Source: Clostridia bacterium
GTDB lineage: Bacteria; Bacillota; Clostridia; Christensenellales; QALW01
Length of the DNA: 64,000 nucleotides
Reading direction: 5' to 3'
NCBI GenBank assembly: GCA_045541035.1
Contig: JAZQII010000038.1
Coordinates: 1,598-65,597 of the forward strand
Shown here piece after piece: positions 20,401 to 29,836 of the stretch (position 1 is its first letter; the number at the start of each line of letters is the position of its first letter). The position numbers and the translations under genes were made by a program. The notes under the pieces were generated by a model that was given only the letters and a program-made list of their open reading frames with translations, searched no databases and was not told the origin of the DNA.

Positions 20401-20820
20401 AGTATCTGCCATTGCGGCATTTTTAAGAAGAGTCTGTTGTGCGCCTTCAAAAATTCTGAAATCAGGGGGCAGTAAGGTGCGGTAATAATACTTTTTCAGC
20501 ATTTTGATACAGTAGGCGTGAATGGTTGAAATATCAGCGCGGTCGATTAACTGTTGCTGTCTTAATAAATGTTCGTTTTCAGGATCTTTTTTTATTGCTT
20601 CAATGAAACGCTTATTAAGCTTGTTTTTCATTGATTTTGCAGCGGTGTTTGTGTAAGTTGCAATGATCATTCTGTCTAAAGAAGAACCTTCTTCTGTGAT
20701 CATTTTAAAAATATGCTCGATCATTACTGCGGTCTTTCCGCTTCCCGCGGCGGCGGAAACGAGAAGATTGTTGTCTTTATGCTCAATAACGGCTTTTTGA
20801 TATTCTGTCCAGTTAGGCAT
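17407..20820 (-). CDS. addA: ATP-dependent helicase/nuclease subunit A
   Basis: 1137 aa. UvrD-type helicase motifs (AAAGSGKTAVM, DEYQD) and a C-terminal RecB-type nuclease (..DYKTD..). Directly downstream of addB with a 1-nt overlap. Confidence 0.9.
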   Translation of the reverse strand: MPNWTEYQKAVIEHKDNNLLVSAAAGSGKTAVMIEHIFKMITEEGSSLDRMIIATYTNTAAKSMKNKLNKRFIEAIKKDPENEHLLRQQQLIDRADISTIHAYCIKMLKKYYYRTLLPPDFRIFEGAQQTLLKNAAMADTLEECSKLYNDGLFPEYGEVLTQFASEKSDKSLERIILQLDKALKPIPHPENFKKFTIEIYENNGKIFEEFLIEESKNLLLCAIEQCHIISKEFNNTPIGIGVIEHTENYINFFQNAIDQNDLQKINEALKTLPDIRKVKELNKDKSPLKQRFVDSFEIVKKIRSNVQALTACDTYTDLSYLVPAIEGLFKIHEIYSKKTEEIMLNEGGTDFDGVLSHGLRLIEENEDIREDIKNNTDYIYIDEYQDENEFHTHIITSLSKGKNMFFVGDVKQSIYGFQDARPDMFRKKMDMYGQNVDGDLLILKNNFRSFPNILEGVNFLFKKYMNNKKISEIVYDSDACLYPSPEKDSPQYSDCLYYTDTNAPDECSNELMVTVGSTDQESYMIALKIQELMKMSLYDNGKLRPLRYSDIAILGRNRTSGMRLMEIFKEMGIPYINQKKEPNDDTDTTVTIIALLNLLVLRKSDVDLVTVMLSPIGGFTPTELAKVRAKSQQTSFYTALKNYDNEENIKKKIDDFFTLLDNLELIEKSMSLGDFIEYVANETGYVYHTSYMPKNSKEQEALKKLISLAREYSEFSDKGILGFLDYHKKLNEPDDPSFVIDENANSVHFMTAHKSKGLEFPVVILIGCSDHSSVDSDTVKANENFGIAFDYTIADNYNVRTKFVSPGKLAINRTKKQQYLAEEMRVLYVALTRAKNKLIISVADEEKKLSKKCTPLSDAVLRNYSCFSDLLMPLFYYHKNASDLRDLFFDDRDLDLYDDDTWKISVKIGIDPPEAKKEEVVEDDFDKNAYLEKIKEDFSWVYPYASSTTQRTKQSPSKKAIRTKIPLRKPMFEDKEYKGAQKGTVVHFFMEHVLFDSEKSAREQAEDMLSSGILTNEEFEAIPFKQIDSFLNSPFGLRMKNSSLILRERSFCHIIPFDDTGDESLVQGIIDCYFFEGDDIVLLDYKTDYINGDLDEHVLHHTPQLKMYKAALEQLYPGRKVYPYIHFFHVDKTVEIV

Positions 20821-23800
20821 TATTCGTTTCCTCCATTTGTTTTTTTACCGCAGATCATACTGTAAGAACAGTACTTGCAGTCATCGGCATTTGTTTTGAT
20901 GTTTCCCTCTAAAATTTCTTCTGAAAACTTTTTGGCATTTTCAACGGCAGAATCGAGAAGAGTGTTAAAAGCGCTTCTCGGAAGACCTTTTTCGTTGAAA
21001 TCAACAAGTTCTGCGCCTGAAAATGTGTTATCTGTAAGGCGCATATACTGCATTGATGCAGGCACGCCGTTTTTAAAGTTTGATAAAATTGCACGCATAT
21101 ATATTGCAAGCTGAAGATCTTTTCCGCTTTCAACGTCATCAGGACTGAAAGTGCTTTTGCCCGTTTTATAGTCAATAATTCTTATATAAACGTTGCCGTC
21201 TTTATCAAGTCTGTCAACACGGTCAATTTTTCCTTCAAGATAAAGAGTGCCTGAATCTGTTTCTATTTCGATAGGCGGAAGACCGTTTCTGCCAAAAACG
21301 ATCTCCTGACCTAAAACGGTGAAATTATCCATGTGTTGGCGCACTTGCCATGCGCTTTCACAAGCAAAGTTTTTAAGCAGTTTGTTTACCGTTTTTTGTC
21401 TCTCCGTTGAAAGTAATGCGCCAAAATGAACGTCGGGAAGTTTTTTATCAAATATTTCCGCCGCCTTTTGGTAACATTGGTCTCTTGTAAGATCAAGTTT
21501 TGAGTTTTCTTTTGTAAATGTTTCAATTACGTTGTGGATAAGGGTGCCCACGTCAATACTGTCGGCAGAATATTCCCTTAATTCCTCAGGATCAAGACCG
21601 TGCTCGATAAAATGCTTAAAGGGACAGTTTGCGTAAGTTTCGAGCCTTGAAATACTTGTTGTTTGACGGCTTAAAAAAAGATCCTTTGCAAGTTCTTTAG
21701 GAAGCGTTTGCTCCTTTTGTGATGCTTCATTCTTTAAAATTGAAAAAAGCCTGTCACTGTCATCTTCAAAATATTCTAAAAGAGCCTTTGCCTGAGGCGA
21801 ATTGAATTTATCCTGAGCCATAAGAAGCATTGCCTGATTTTTAGTGTAGGGTTCAAGCAGTTCCTTATCGGCAGGAAGTTCCTTAATATTCTTTTTCTCA
21901 ATATTTTTAAAGAGCTTTTTAAAATCTTCAAAAATTGTTGAAAGTTCCAATCCTCCGCCGGTCAGAGAGCGCAGGGGGCAGGATATATAAAGATGTTCAA
22001 CGGGTGAACAAAGGGCGGAATATATAGTATATCTGATTCGGGCATCTTCCGTTTCCTGACTGTGCGCAAGTTCCATGCCGTATTCTTTTAAAACAGCGTT
22101 TTCCGTTGCGGTAACAAGTTTTTCATCGGTATAAATTGCAGGAATAACACCGTCGTTTGCGCCGACTATAAACACGTTTTTAACGTTTTGTTCTTTTGTG
22201 GCAGAAAGATCTCCGAAAGTTACGGAATCAAGAACACTTGGAATAGTTGAAAGGGGCGTTGCCCGGAACCCTTCAAAAAGCGTTTCGGAAAATTCCGATA
22301 AGGGTATCTTCTTTTCGCCCGAAAGGTCTGAAAGACGCTCCATAAGTTCAAGAATTTTATTCCACAACTGACTTGTAACGTCTGAAAGTGAGAAAAGTTC
22401 AAGTGCTTCATATCTGTCAACAAGAGCGCAGATATTTTCATAAACACCTTGTTCTTCCATGAATTTATAAGTGATCTCCGCCATTTCTCTTGCGGTGGAA
22501 ACATTTAAAATATTTTCTCTGTATTCAATAAAAGGCGTAATGATTTTTTTGCGCAAAAGTTCAAACTCCTGCTGTTTTTCTTCGTTGGCGCGTTTATAGG
22601 CAAGACCTTTTTCGATCTCCCACGTGTTCACGCCAAGTTCCTTTATAAAATAGATAAAAGAGTCGCGCTCGTCAGGTAAAGCGGGGGTAAGAGATGATAG
22701 CAAAAGAGTTGTAACGTTTTCGGGAGTAAAGCCAATATATGCGCATTTTAACAAGGAAAAAAGATATGCCGCAACGGGGTGCGCGGTTATATCGTGTGCT
22801 TCGTCGGTGTAAACGGGAATGTTGTAACGCTTGAAAATATTATTTACAATAGGCGAATATTTTTTTACGTCGTTGGATATTACCGCATAATCTCTATATC
22901 TGTTTCCTTTTTTAACACCGTCAATAATTCTTTTAGCAATATCCGAAATTTCCGTTTCAATGGTCGGATAAACTAAAAGATCAACGTTATTTACGGATTC
23001 TTCAAAAGTTTCTGGGGAATAACTGTAAAAATTATCTTCAAGGAAGTGAATTTCTTCACTTTTATATTTAACGTTACGGGAAACGCTTTCGATCTTATAT
23101 TCAATCCCGTTTTCTTTTGCAACGGTAATAATTGTATTTAACGTTTTTTCGTGAATTTCATAAGCCTTTCTGTCTTTGCCGTTTTCAGCGGAACTTAAGG
23201 CAATAACAACGTCGGTTGAATTTATTAAAGCAGAAATAAAATTAACAAGATGGCTTGTTAAAACGTCAAAACCGTCAATATAAACAACAGTATCTTTAAG
23301 AGACGGATAGAATTTTAAAAGTTCTCCTGCCGTTTTTAATTTATCGGCATTATCGGTGTACCCTGATTGAAGAATATCAGAGTATGCTTTAAAAATAACT
23401 GCCATATCGTTCAGTTTGTATTTTAAAACACCGTCTTCAAGTTTGTTTGCGCATGAGATCAGATCATCATAAGAATATCCGCAGTTTTCAATTGTTGAAA
23501 CCATATTAAGGCAACGGGCGGAAAAGCCTTTTCGCTTTGCGGCACTTCTGAAAATAGTCAGTTTATCTGCGTTTTCAATTAAGGCTATACGCACAGCCAT
23601 AGCCTTTGAGCAATCGTCAAGATAAGTTTTTCTTTTGCCGAAAAAATCAAGGACCGATGAAGCAAGACGGTTAAACGAAGAAACTTCAACGTCAATAAAG
23701 CCGTTAATGTTAAGTTGACGGCATAAACGCTGTTCAAAATTATACGTAACGGGATCAGGCACGATAAGAATAGACTTTTGTCTGTTATTTATCCTTTGCC

Positions 23801-23864
23801 CGATATCCTCGATTATTCGGTGAGTTTTTCCTGAAGCAATGCGCCCCGTAACGATTTTCAGCAA
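20820..23864 (-). CDS. addB: ATP-dependent helicase/nuclease subunit B
   Basis: 1014 aa. N-terminal GRIASGKT P-loop, C-terminal nuclease (IDYKTG) and Fe-S cysteines (CPFKHF ... CKYCSYSMIC). TTG start at 23864, 8 nt after GAGGT. Confidence 0.9.
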   Translation of the reverse strand: MLKIVTGRIASGKTHRIIEDIGQRINNRQKSILIVPDPVTYNFEQRLCRQLNINGFIDVEVSSFNRLASSVLDFFGKRKTYLDDCSKAMAVRIALIENADKLTIFRSAAKRKGFSARCLNMVSTIENCGYSYDDLISCANKLEDGVLKYKLNDMAVIFKAYSDILQSGYTDNADKLKTAGELLKFYPSLKDTVVYIDGFDVLTSHLVNFISALINSTDVVIALSSAENGKDRKAYEIHEKTLNTIITVAKENGIEYKIESVSRNVKYKSEEIHFLEDNFYSYSPETFEESVNNVDLLVYPTIETEISDIAKRIIDGVKKGNRYRDYAVISNDVKKYSPIVNNIFKRYNIPVYTDEAHDITAHPVAAYLFSLLKCAYIGFTPENVTTLLLSSLTPALPDERDSFIYFIKELGVNTWEIEKGLAYKRANEEKQQEFELLRKKIITPFIEYRENILNVSTAREMAEITYKFMEEQGVYENICALVDRYEALELFSLSDVTSQLWNKILELMERLSDLSGEKKIPLSEFSETLFEGFRATPLSTIPSVLDSVTFGDLSATKEQNVKNVFIVGANDGVIPAIYTDEKLVTATENAVLKEYGMELAHSQETEDARIRYTIYSALCSPVEHLYISCPLRSLTGGGLELSTIFEDFKKLFKNIEKKNIKELPADKELLEPYTKNQAMLLMAQDKFNSPQAKALLEYFEDDSDRLFSILKNEASQKEQTLPKELAKDLFLSRQTTSISRLETYANCPFKHFIEHGLDPEELREYSADSIDVGTLIHNVIETFTKENSKLDLTRDQCYQKAAEIFDKKLPDVHFGALLSTERQKTVNKLLKNFACESAWQVRQHMDNFTVLGQEIVFGRNGLPPIEIETDSGTLYLEGKIDRVDRLDKDGNVYIRIIDYKTGKSTFSPDDVESGKDLQLAIYMRAILSNFKNGVPASMQYMRLTDNTFSGAELVDFNEKGLPRSAFNTLLDSAVENAKKFSEEILEGNIKTNADDCKYCSYSMICGKKTNGGNE

Positions 23865-23913
23865 GATTATCTACCTCATTACAAAATTTTATGGTTTTCT
23901 TACATATTATAAC

Positions 23914-23944
23914 ATAAAAAAAAGGTTCAGACAATGCTGAACCT
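23914..23944 (-). terminator. Intrinsic terminator after glyQS
   Basis: AGGTTCAG (23923-23930) / CTGAACCT (23937-23944). The minus strand continues into T8. Confidence 0.85.
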
Positions 23945-23953
23945 ATAATTTTT

Positions 23954-25330
23954 TTAGAATACGAGTTTTTCTTTAATGAAGTCTTTAACTTCTTCGATTT
24001 TAAGAGTAATCTGCTCCATAGTATCGCGGTCGCGAACTGTAACGGTGCCGTTTTCTAAAGTATCAAAGTCTACTGTTACGCAGTAGGGCGTGCCGTTTTC
24101 ATCTTGTCTGCGATAACGTTTGCCGATTGAGCCTGCCTCGTCATAATCAACGGGGAAGTACTTTGCAAGTTCTGCGTGAATTTCAAGAGCCTTTTCGGAA
24201 AGTTTCTTCTGTAAAGGAAGAACTGCGCACTTAAAGGGTGCAAGAACGGGATGAAGATGCATAACGTTTCTGATATCGCCGTTTTCCAAAGTTTCCTCTT
24301 CAAAAGCGTTGCAAAGGAAAGCAAGTGTTACGCGGTCAGCACCAAGAGAAGGCTCAACGCAGTAAGGAACATACTTTTCGTTGGTGGTGGGATCAAGATA
24401 TTCCATGTTCTCACCGCTGTGTTCAGCATGCTGTTTAAGATCGTAATCAGTTCTGTCAGCAATACCCCAAAGTTCGCCCCAACCAAAAGGGAATAAGAAC
24501 TCAAAGTCAGTAGTTGCCTTTGAATAGAAAGAAAGTTCTTCAGGTGAGTGATCGCGAAGACGAAGTGAATCTTCCTTAATGCCTAAATCAAGAAGCCACT
24601 TTTTGCAGAATGAACGCCAATATTCAAACCATTCAAGGTCTGTGCCGGGCTTGCAGAAGAATTCAAGTTCCATCTGCTCAAACTCACGTGTTCTGAAAGT
24701 GAAGTTACCGGGAGTGATCTCGTTTCTGAAAGATTTACCAACCTGACAGATACCGAAAGGAACTTTTTTACGTGTTGAACGCTGAACGTTCTTGAAGTTT
24801 ACGAAAATACCCTGCGCAGTTTCGGGGCGGAGATATACTGTTGAAGTTGAATCTTCCGTTACGCCCTGGAAAGTTTTGAACATAAGGTTAAACTGACGGA
24901 TATTTGTCCAATCGCTCTTACCGCAATCAGGACAAACAATGTTGTTTTCCTTAATATAATCTTCCATCTGCTGGTTTGACCAACCGTCAACAACGATATC
25001 TGTGCCTCTTTCATGATTGAAATCTTCAATTAACTTGTCTGCACGGTATCTTGATTTACAAGCCTTACAGTCCATAAGGGGATCGGAGAATCCGCCCAAA
25101 TGACCTGAAGCCACCCAAACCTGAGGATTCATTAAAATTGCGCAGTCAACACCAACGTTATAAGGAGATTCCTGAACGAACTTCTGCCACCAAGCCTTTT
25201 TAACGTTGTTCTTAAGTTCAACGCCTAAAGGACCGTAATCCCATGTATTGGCAAGTCCGCCGTAGATTTCGGAACCGGGGAATATAAAGCCTTTGTCCTT
25301 GCAAAGGGAAATGATTTTTTTCATATCCAT
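23954..25330 (-). CDS. glyQS: Glycine--tRNA ligase (homodimeric class II type)
   Basis: 458 aa, [29 protein letters not shown]..., class II motifs and a C-terminal anticodon-binding domain. GGAGG RBS 7 nt upstream. Confidence 0.95.
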   Translation of the reverse strand: MDMKKIISLCKDKGFIFPGSEIYGGLANTWDYGPLGVELKNNVKKAWWQKFVQESPYNVGVDCAILMNPQVWVASGHLGGFSDPLMDCKACKSRYRADKLIEDFNHERGTDIVVDGWSNQQMEDYIKENNIVCPDCGKSDWTNIRQFNLMFKTFQGVTEDSTSTVYLRPETAQGIFVNFKNVQRSTRKKVPFGICQVGKSFRNEITPGNFTFRTREFEQMELEFFCKPGTDLEWFEYWRSFCKKWLLDLGIKEDSLRLRDHSPEELSFYSKATTDFEFLFPFGWGELWGIADRTDYDLKQHAEHSGENMEYLDPTTNEKYVPYCVEPSLGADRVTLAFLCNAFEEETLENGDIRNVMHLHPVLAPFKCAVLPLQKKLSEKALEIHAELAKYFPVDYDEAGSIGKRYRRQDENGTPYCVTVDFDTLENGTVTVRDRDTMEQITLKIEEVKDFIKEKLVF

Positions 25331-25502
25331 AAGGATACCTCCATAAAATTTTATATTAACATTATAAACGAAAAATTTTTTATGTCAAACTAAAAGTAAT
25401 CATAAACACTAAAAATATTTTATATACATTATATATGGGCGGTATGTTTCGGTTTTGTATAATAATTTTTAATAAAATGTAACGAAAAATGAAAAAAATA
25501 TG

Positions 25503-25531
25503 TTGATTTTTTAAAAAAAGTAGTGTATAAT
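25503..25531 (+). promoter_or_regulatory. Near-consensus sigma-A promoter
   Basis: TTGATT (25503-25508), 17-nt spacer, TG-extended TATAAT (25526-25531). About 35 nt upstream of the 25566 start and its TAGGAGG RBS. Confidence 0.7.
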
Positions 25532-25565
25532 GAGTTTACCAAGTTATAGGAGGTATTTTTTAACT

Positions 25566-27119
25566 ATGAAAAAACTGTTTGTAGCCTTAATGGCTATATG
25601 CATTGCTTTCTCGTCTTTCAGTCTTACGGTTTTTGCTGAAGATGCTACCGGCGATGCAGCAACAACCGGAACCACAGAAACCACAGAAACCAAAACCGTT
25701 GAGAGCCTTGTTGGCGCTTTCTATCTTCAGGGCGAAAGCGGAGTTATGCAGTCGGCAGGCGGCACCGTAATTACAAGTGATTATGACTATCATATCACTG
25801 ATATTATGGCTAAAGCACTTACCGGCACAAAGAAGATTCCTTTCTATGCATTTGATAATGAAGGTGCAGTTTTCTTTGACTCATTTGCAGAATCTTATCT
25901 TATTTCAGAAGCAAAAGCAGCAACCGCAGCAGGTATTGATTTCTTTGCATATGATCTTCATATGGGTTATAAAGCAGATTCAACCACCGGCACAAACCTT
26001 ATCCGTAACATGAACATGCAGCTTATCCGCCATGCTTCGCTTTACGGAACAAATCAGTTCGGTGATGAACTTGAATATGCCGTTGTTCTTGACGGTACAT
26101 TTGATGGCGGCAAGGCAACTGAAAGAAACCTTATCGTTGATCAGTATCTTATCAGAAAAGGCTATCTCGTTGCTGAAGACGGCAGACCCGTTGTTTTCAT
26201 TAAGTGGAACGAAGATATCCAGAATCAGATCACAAAACTTAACTCAACTCTTAAAAAAGCAGTAAAGGATAAAACAAACCTTAAAGAAGGCGTTGAATCC
26301 ATTTTCGCAGTTGCTCTTAACGCTCCCAGCTTTGATGAAGCAACAAAGGTTGGCGCAGAAGCAATTTCTTGGACTCAGGGCACAGGCAAGAACGGCGAAG
26401 CTTATGCTAACATGACCGCTACCGTTGAAGGTAATTGGGCAAACGGCACAGCAGTTCTTCCTAACGTTGTAACAGGTTTTGACCTTTCACTCCTTGCTGA
26501 TAACCCCATTCACGTTGAGGCAAACAAGCAGGCAGGTAAGGATAAAACAAAGTTCGTTGCATATGACAGAACCGGCACAAAGGAAGATGCAGTTGCAGCA
26601 GCAACTCCCGAAGAACTTGTTGCTCACGTTAAGAATGCAGTTGCAACAACTAACAAGCCTGCAAACTTCCCCGCAGTTATGGTTTATGCTTGGGATGACT
26701 TTATGGGTGGCGCATATCTTTGCCCCACAAAGACAGATAAAGAATATCAGTATGATGCATCATATCTTAATGCTTTAAGAGCATACTTCTACGGCAAGGA
26801 AGACGGTATCGAAACTCTTTCAGTTCTCGATAACAAGAACCAGACCGTTGTTACAGATATGCGTGCAAAGACCATTACTGTTATTGCAAAGGGCGAAGAA
26901 ATTTCAAAGGTTGACTTTGATGGCAAAAATCTCCTTGATGCAAAGGATCCTGAAGTAACACCTACAACTGATGATCCTAACGCAGGTGGTGACGAAGGTA
27001 AAGGCGAAGGCGGCGGATTGCCCTGGGGCCTTATCGGCGGCATCGGCGGCGGTGTAGTAGCAATTATTGCAATCGTTGCAGTTATTCTTGGTGTTTCCAA
27101 AAAGAAAAAGAGCGAATAA
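25566..27119 (+). CDS. Secreted protein with C-terminal membrane anchor, unknown function (possibly glycoside-hydrolase-like)
   Basis: ATG at 25566 gives the signal peptide MKKLFVALMAICIAFSSFSLTVFAED. T/E-rich linker, ~430-aa globular region, G-rich stretch, then the hydrophobic helix GGVVAIIAIVAVILGV and a KKKKSE tail. The track start at 25530 is an upstream extension. Confidence 0.7.
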   Translation: MKKLFVALMAICIAFSSFSLTVFAEDATGDAATTGTTETTETKTVESLVGAFYLQGESGVMQSAGGTVITSDYDYHITDIMAKALTGTKKIPFYAFDNEGAVFFDSFAESYLISEAKAATAAGIDFFAYDLHMGYKADSTTGTNLIRNMNMQLIRHASLYGTNQFGDELEYAVVLDGTFDGGKATERNLIVDQYLIRKGYLVAEDGRPVVFIKWNEDIQNQITKLNSTLKKAVKDKTNLKEGVESIFAVALNAPSFDEATKVGAEAISWTQGTGKNGEAYANMTATVEGNWANGTAVLPNVVTGFDLSLLADNPIHVEANKQAGKDKTKFVAYDRTGTKEDAVAAATPEELVAHVKNAVATTNKPANFPAVMVYAWDDFMGGAYLCPTKTDKEYQYDASYLNALRAYFYGKEDGIETLSVLDNKNQTVVTDMRAKTITVIAKGEEISKVDFDGKNLLDAKDPEVTPTTDDPNAGGDEGKGEGGGLPWGLIGGIGGGVVAIIAIVAVILGVSKKKKSE

Positions 27120-27127
27120 TATTTAAG

Positions 27128-27149
27128 CCGCCTTTATGGCGGGTTTTTT
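27128..27149 (+). terminator. Intrinsic terminator (short stem)
   Basis: CCGCC (27128-27132), TTTAT loop, GGCGG (27138-27142), then T6. Confidence 0.55.
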
Positions 27150-27155
27150 AAGTCT

Positions 27156-27791
27156 ATGAAAAATACAGAAATTATTTTAGAAAAATTAAATTTAATGTAT
27201 CCCGATGCCGATACTGAACTTGAGTTTAATTCAAACTATCAACTGCTTGTTGCGGTAATGCTTTCGGCGCAGTGTACCGATAAGCGCGTGAACGTAGTAA
27301 CACGTGAACTTTTTAAAGAGTACGGCACACCTGAAAAAATGATTACTTTATCGCAGGAAGAACTTGAAAAGAAAATATTTTCGTGCGGATTTTATAAAAA
27401 CAAAGCCAAAAATATTTTAGCAACAAGTAACATTTTAGTTAATGAATTTAATGGTGAAGTACCTGAAAATTGGGAAATTTTACAAACACTTCCCGGTGTT
27501 GGCAGGAAAACTGCAAACGTGGTTTGTGCAGTTGCTTTTAATATTCCCGCAATTGCCGTTGATACCCACGTTTTCCGCGTTGCAAACCGTATTGGTTTAG
27601 CCAATGCCAAGGATGAACTTCACACCGAATTACAACTTCAAAAAGCCATTAAAAAAGAGATGTGGTTAAAAGCCCATCACCTTATAATCTGGCATGGCAG
27701 AAGATGTTGCGATGCCCGTAAACCAAAGTGTGAAGAGTGTCTGATAAATACAGAATGTAAATATTTTAAGCACTTGTCAAAGAACAAATAA
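27156..27791 (+). CDS. nth: Endonuclease III
   Basis: HhH-GPD motif LPGVGRKTANVV and a C-terminal 4Fe-4S cluster C-x6-C-x2-C-x5-C (CDARKPKCEECLINTEC). Confidence 0.95.
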   Translation: MKNTEIILEKLNLMYPDADTELEFNSNYQLLVAVMLSAQCTDKRVNVVTRELFKEYGTPEKMITLSQEELEKKIFSCGFYKNKAKNILATSNILVNEFNGEVPENWEILQTLPGVGRKTANVVCAVAFNIPAIAVDTHVFRVANRIGLANAKDELHTELQLQKAIKKEMWLKAHHLIIWHGRRCCDARKPKCEECLINTECKYFKHLSKNK

Positions 27792-27860
27792 TGTGATAAG
27801 ATAATGGAAGTGAAAATTTTCACTTCCTTTTTAATTTATAACGATCTTTTGGAGAAATTT

Positions 27861-29123
27861 ATGTTTATTGATTTTGTTAAAATATTTATAAAAAGCGGAA
27901 ACGGCGGAAACGGCGGACTTTCTTTTCACCGCGAAAAGTACGTTCAGTCAGGCGGTCCCGATGGCGGAAACGGCGGAAACGGCGGCGACGTTGTTCTTGT
28001 TGCCGATGCGGATATGCGCACTCTTTTAGATTTCCATTTTCAAAAACATTTTACGGCAACCAACGGTGAAAACGGTATGAGCAACCTTCGCACGGGTGCA
28101 AGAGGGCAGGATGTTGTTATTCGTGTTCCCAGAGGCACAGTTGTGAAAGATGCCGAAAGCGGACTTGTTATTGCCGATATGTATGAAAAAGATGCACGGA
28201 AGGTTATCCTTAAAGGCGGTCGTGGCGGTAAGGGCAACGCTCACTTTAAGTCAGCAAAGATCCGCACGCCTAATTTTGCTCAAAATGGAGAAATCACTAA
28301 GCAAAGGCAGATAATTTTAGAACTTAAAACCATTGCCGATGCAGGCTTTGTAGGCTTTCCCAATGTTGGTAAATCAACTATTTTATCTATTGTTTCAAAG
28401 GCACGTCCCAAAATCGCAAACTATCATTTCACAACTCTTGAGCCTAATTTAGGTGTTGTAAAAATAGATGAATCTACCTTTGTTGCCGCAGATATTCCCG
28501 GTCTTATCGAAGGCGCGGCAGAGGGCGCAGGTTTAGGTCATGCTTTCTTAAGGCACATTGAAAGAACCCGTGTTATCGTTCACGTTATTGATATTTCAGG
28601 TTCAGAGGGCAGAGATCCCGTTGAAGACTATAAGATCATCAACAACGAACTCGAAAATTATTCTCTTGCTCTTTCGGGACTTCCACAGTTTGTTGTTGCA
28701 AATAAATCAGAACTTCCCGGAAGTGATGAAAATTTAGCGCGTCTTCAGGAATATTTGGGCGATACGCCTATCTATAAAGTTTCTGCGGCAACACGTCAGG
28801 GATTTGAGCCATTACTGCGAGCCGTTGCCAAAAAGTTAAAGGAATTACCGCCTCCCGAACCTATTATGGAAGACGGCGAACTTGTTTACTTTGAAGATCC
28901 CAACGAGTTTATCATCACAAAACTTAACGCTGAAATATTTGTGGTTGAAGGTAATCTTATTGATTCTCTTTTACGCAAAGTTAACTTTGACGATCCCACA
29001 AGTCTTGACTATTTCCAGCGTATGCTCCGCGAAAAAGGCGTTATTGAGGCTTTACGCGAAAAAGGCGCAAAAGACGGTTGTGTTATCAGGATCGAGGATA
29101 TGGAATTCGATTTCGTAGATTGA
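27861..29123 (+). CDS. obg: GTPase Obg
   Basis: MFIDFVKIFIKSGNGGNGG... glycine-rich Obg fold, G1 GFPNVGKST, DIPGLIEGA, and a C-terminal Obg_CT domain. ATG at 27861 after GGAGA; the track start at 27804 is an extension. Confidence 0.95.
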   Translation: MFIDFVKIFIKSGNGGNGGLSFHREKYVQSGGPDGGNGGNGGDVVLVADADMRTLLDFHFQKHFTATNGENGMSNLRTGARGQDVVIRVPRGTVVKDAESGLVIADMYEKDARKVILKGGRGGKGNAHFKSAKIRTPNFAQNGEITKQRQIILELKTIADAGFVGFPNVGKSTILSIVSKARPKIANYHFTTLEPNLGVVKIDESTFVAADIPGLIEGAAEGAGLGHAFLRHIERTRVIVHVIDISGSEGRDPVEDYKIINNELENYSLALSGLPQFVVANKSELPGSDENLARLQEYLGDTPIYKVSAATRQGFEPLLRAVAKKLKELPPPEPIMEDGELVYFEDPNEFIITKLNAEIFVVEGNLIDSLLRKVNFDDPTSLDYFQRMLREKGVIEALREKGAKDGCVIRIEDMEFDFVD

Positions 29124-29808
29124 TTTTTTTGATAATTCTGAAAGTTAAACTGTAAATTATCAAAAGTGAACCGAAAAGAATATAATAAAATTTATACGGT
29201 GTGATCAGGCTTAAAAGAAGCAATATCACGCCGTATTTTAATGCAAATTTTTTGAATTCAGATGATAAAAGTGCTTTTTTAAACTTCTTGAATTTTGATT
29301 CACTTTTAGTTTCGATTTCTGTAAAGTCAAGATTTTTAGTTTTTTCGATAATTTCATCTGCCGAATGAATAAAATACTTTCTTTTTAATAGTTTAAGAAA
29401 ATCTTCAGCGCCGTCGGTTATACCTTTTATAGAATATATGTGAACTTCGCCTTCATTTTTTCGTAAATGTTCAAGCAATTTTTCTTCGTTTACACCTGAA
29501 TATGAATTGTCCGATAGTGAATTTTTGGGAAAAACGCTTTGAAAATCTTTTTTATCAACAAGCATTAGCGCCGTTAAAGTTGCTTCAATGCTCCGTTTTT
29601 TATTTAATTTCTTCTCTCGCAGTTGACTAACTCGCTTTCGGATAGTATAATATAAAAAGGAAAAAATAAAAGCACAGCAAAAGGCGAAAAGCATTGCGCC
29701 GTTACGTGTGGGATAAATATATTCGCCTGCCACGTAAGAAATAATGAAAAATATTGGGTAAAATAAAATACTGAATATTAAAATCACAAAAATACACCTC
29801 AAAAACAT
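29086..29808 (-). CDS. Membrane protein, unknown function
   Basis: 240-aa ORF with two N-terminal and two C-terminal hydrophobic helices around a charged central domain. No convincing RBS at 29808. The 3' end overlaps obg convergently by 38 nt. Confidence 0.45.
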   Translation of the reverse strand: MFLRCIFVILIFSILFYPIFFIISYVAGEYIYPTRNGAMLFAFCCAFIFSFLYYTIRKRVSQLREKKLNKKRSIEATLTALMLVDKKDFQSVFPKNSLSDNSYSGVNEEKLLEHLRKNEGEVHIYSIKGITDGAEDFLKLLKRKYFIHSADEIIEKTKNLDFTEIETKSESKFKKFKKALLSSEFKKFALKYGVILLLLSLITPYKFYYILFGSLLIIYSLTFRIIKKINLRNRIPYPRS

Positions 29809-29836
29809 TTTTAACGTAAAAGGTTAATGATATACA

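Noticed and set aside
25331-25530. Looked for a glycine T-box leader upstream of glyQS (minus strand)
   Set aside because: The ~200-bp upstream region is almost pure A/T. It has no T-box sequence (…GGGTGGTACCGCG…), no Stem I features and no terminator/antiterminator pair.
26789-27100. 103-aa minus-strand Pro-rich ORF; similar antisense ORFs occur inside many genes (e.g. 167-367, 816-1007, 9940-10248, 10375-10698, 13346-13699, 14294-14590)
   Set aside because: All lie wholly inside longer ORFs with clear family signatures on the opposite strand or in another frame. They lack ribosome-binding sites and show mirror-image composition bias.
27040-27119. C-terminus of the 25566-27119 protein as a sortase sorting signal (hydrophobic helix plus KKKKSE tail, preceded by GGLPWGLIGG)
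   Set aside because: No LPXTG, NPQTN or (S/P)PKTG-type motif precedes the helix; LPWGL is not a known recognition sequence. It is treated as a plain C-terminal membrane anchor.
29086-29123. Convergent coding overlaps: obg with the 29086-29808 membrane gene (38 nt), and the ABC ATPase with the 52455-52706 gene (9 nt)
   Set aside because: Short 3'-3' overlaps are common in compact genomes. Both minus-strand partners are low-confidence ORFs, so there is no basis for proposing antisense regulation.
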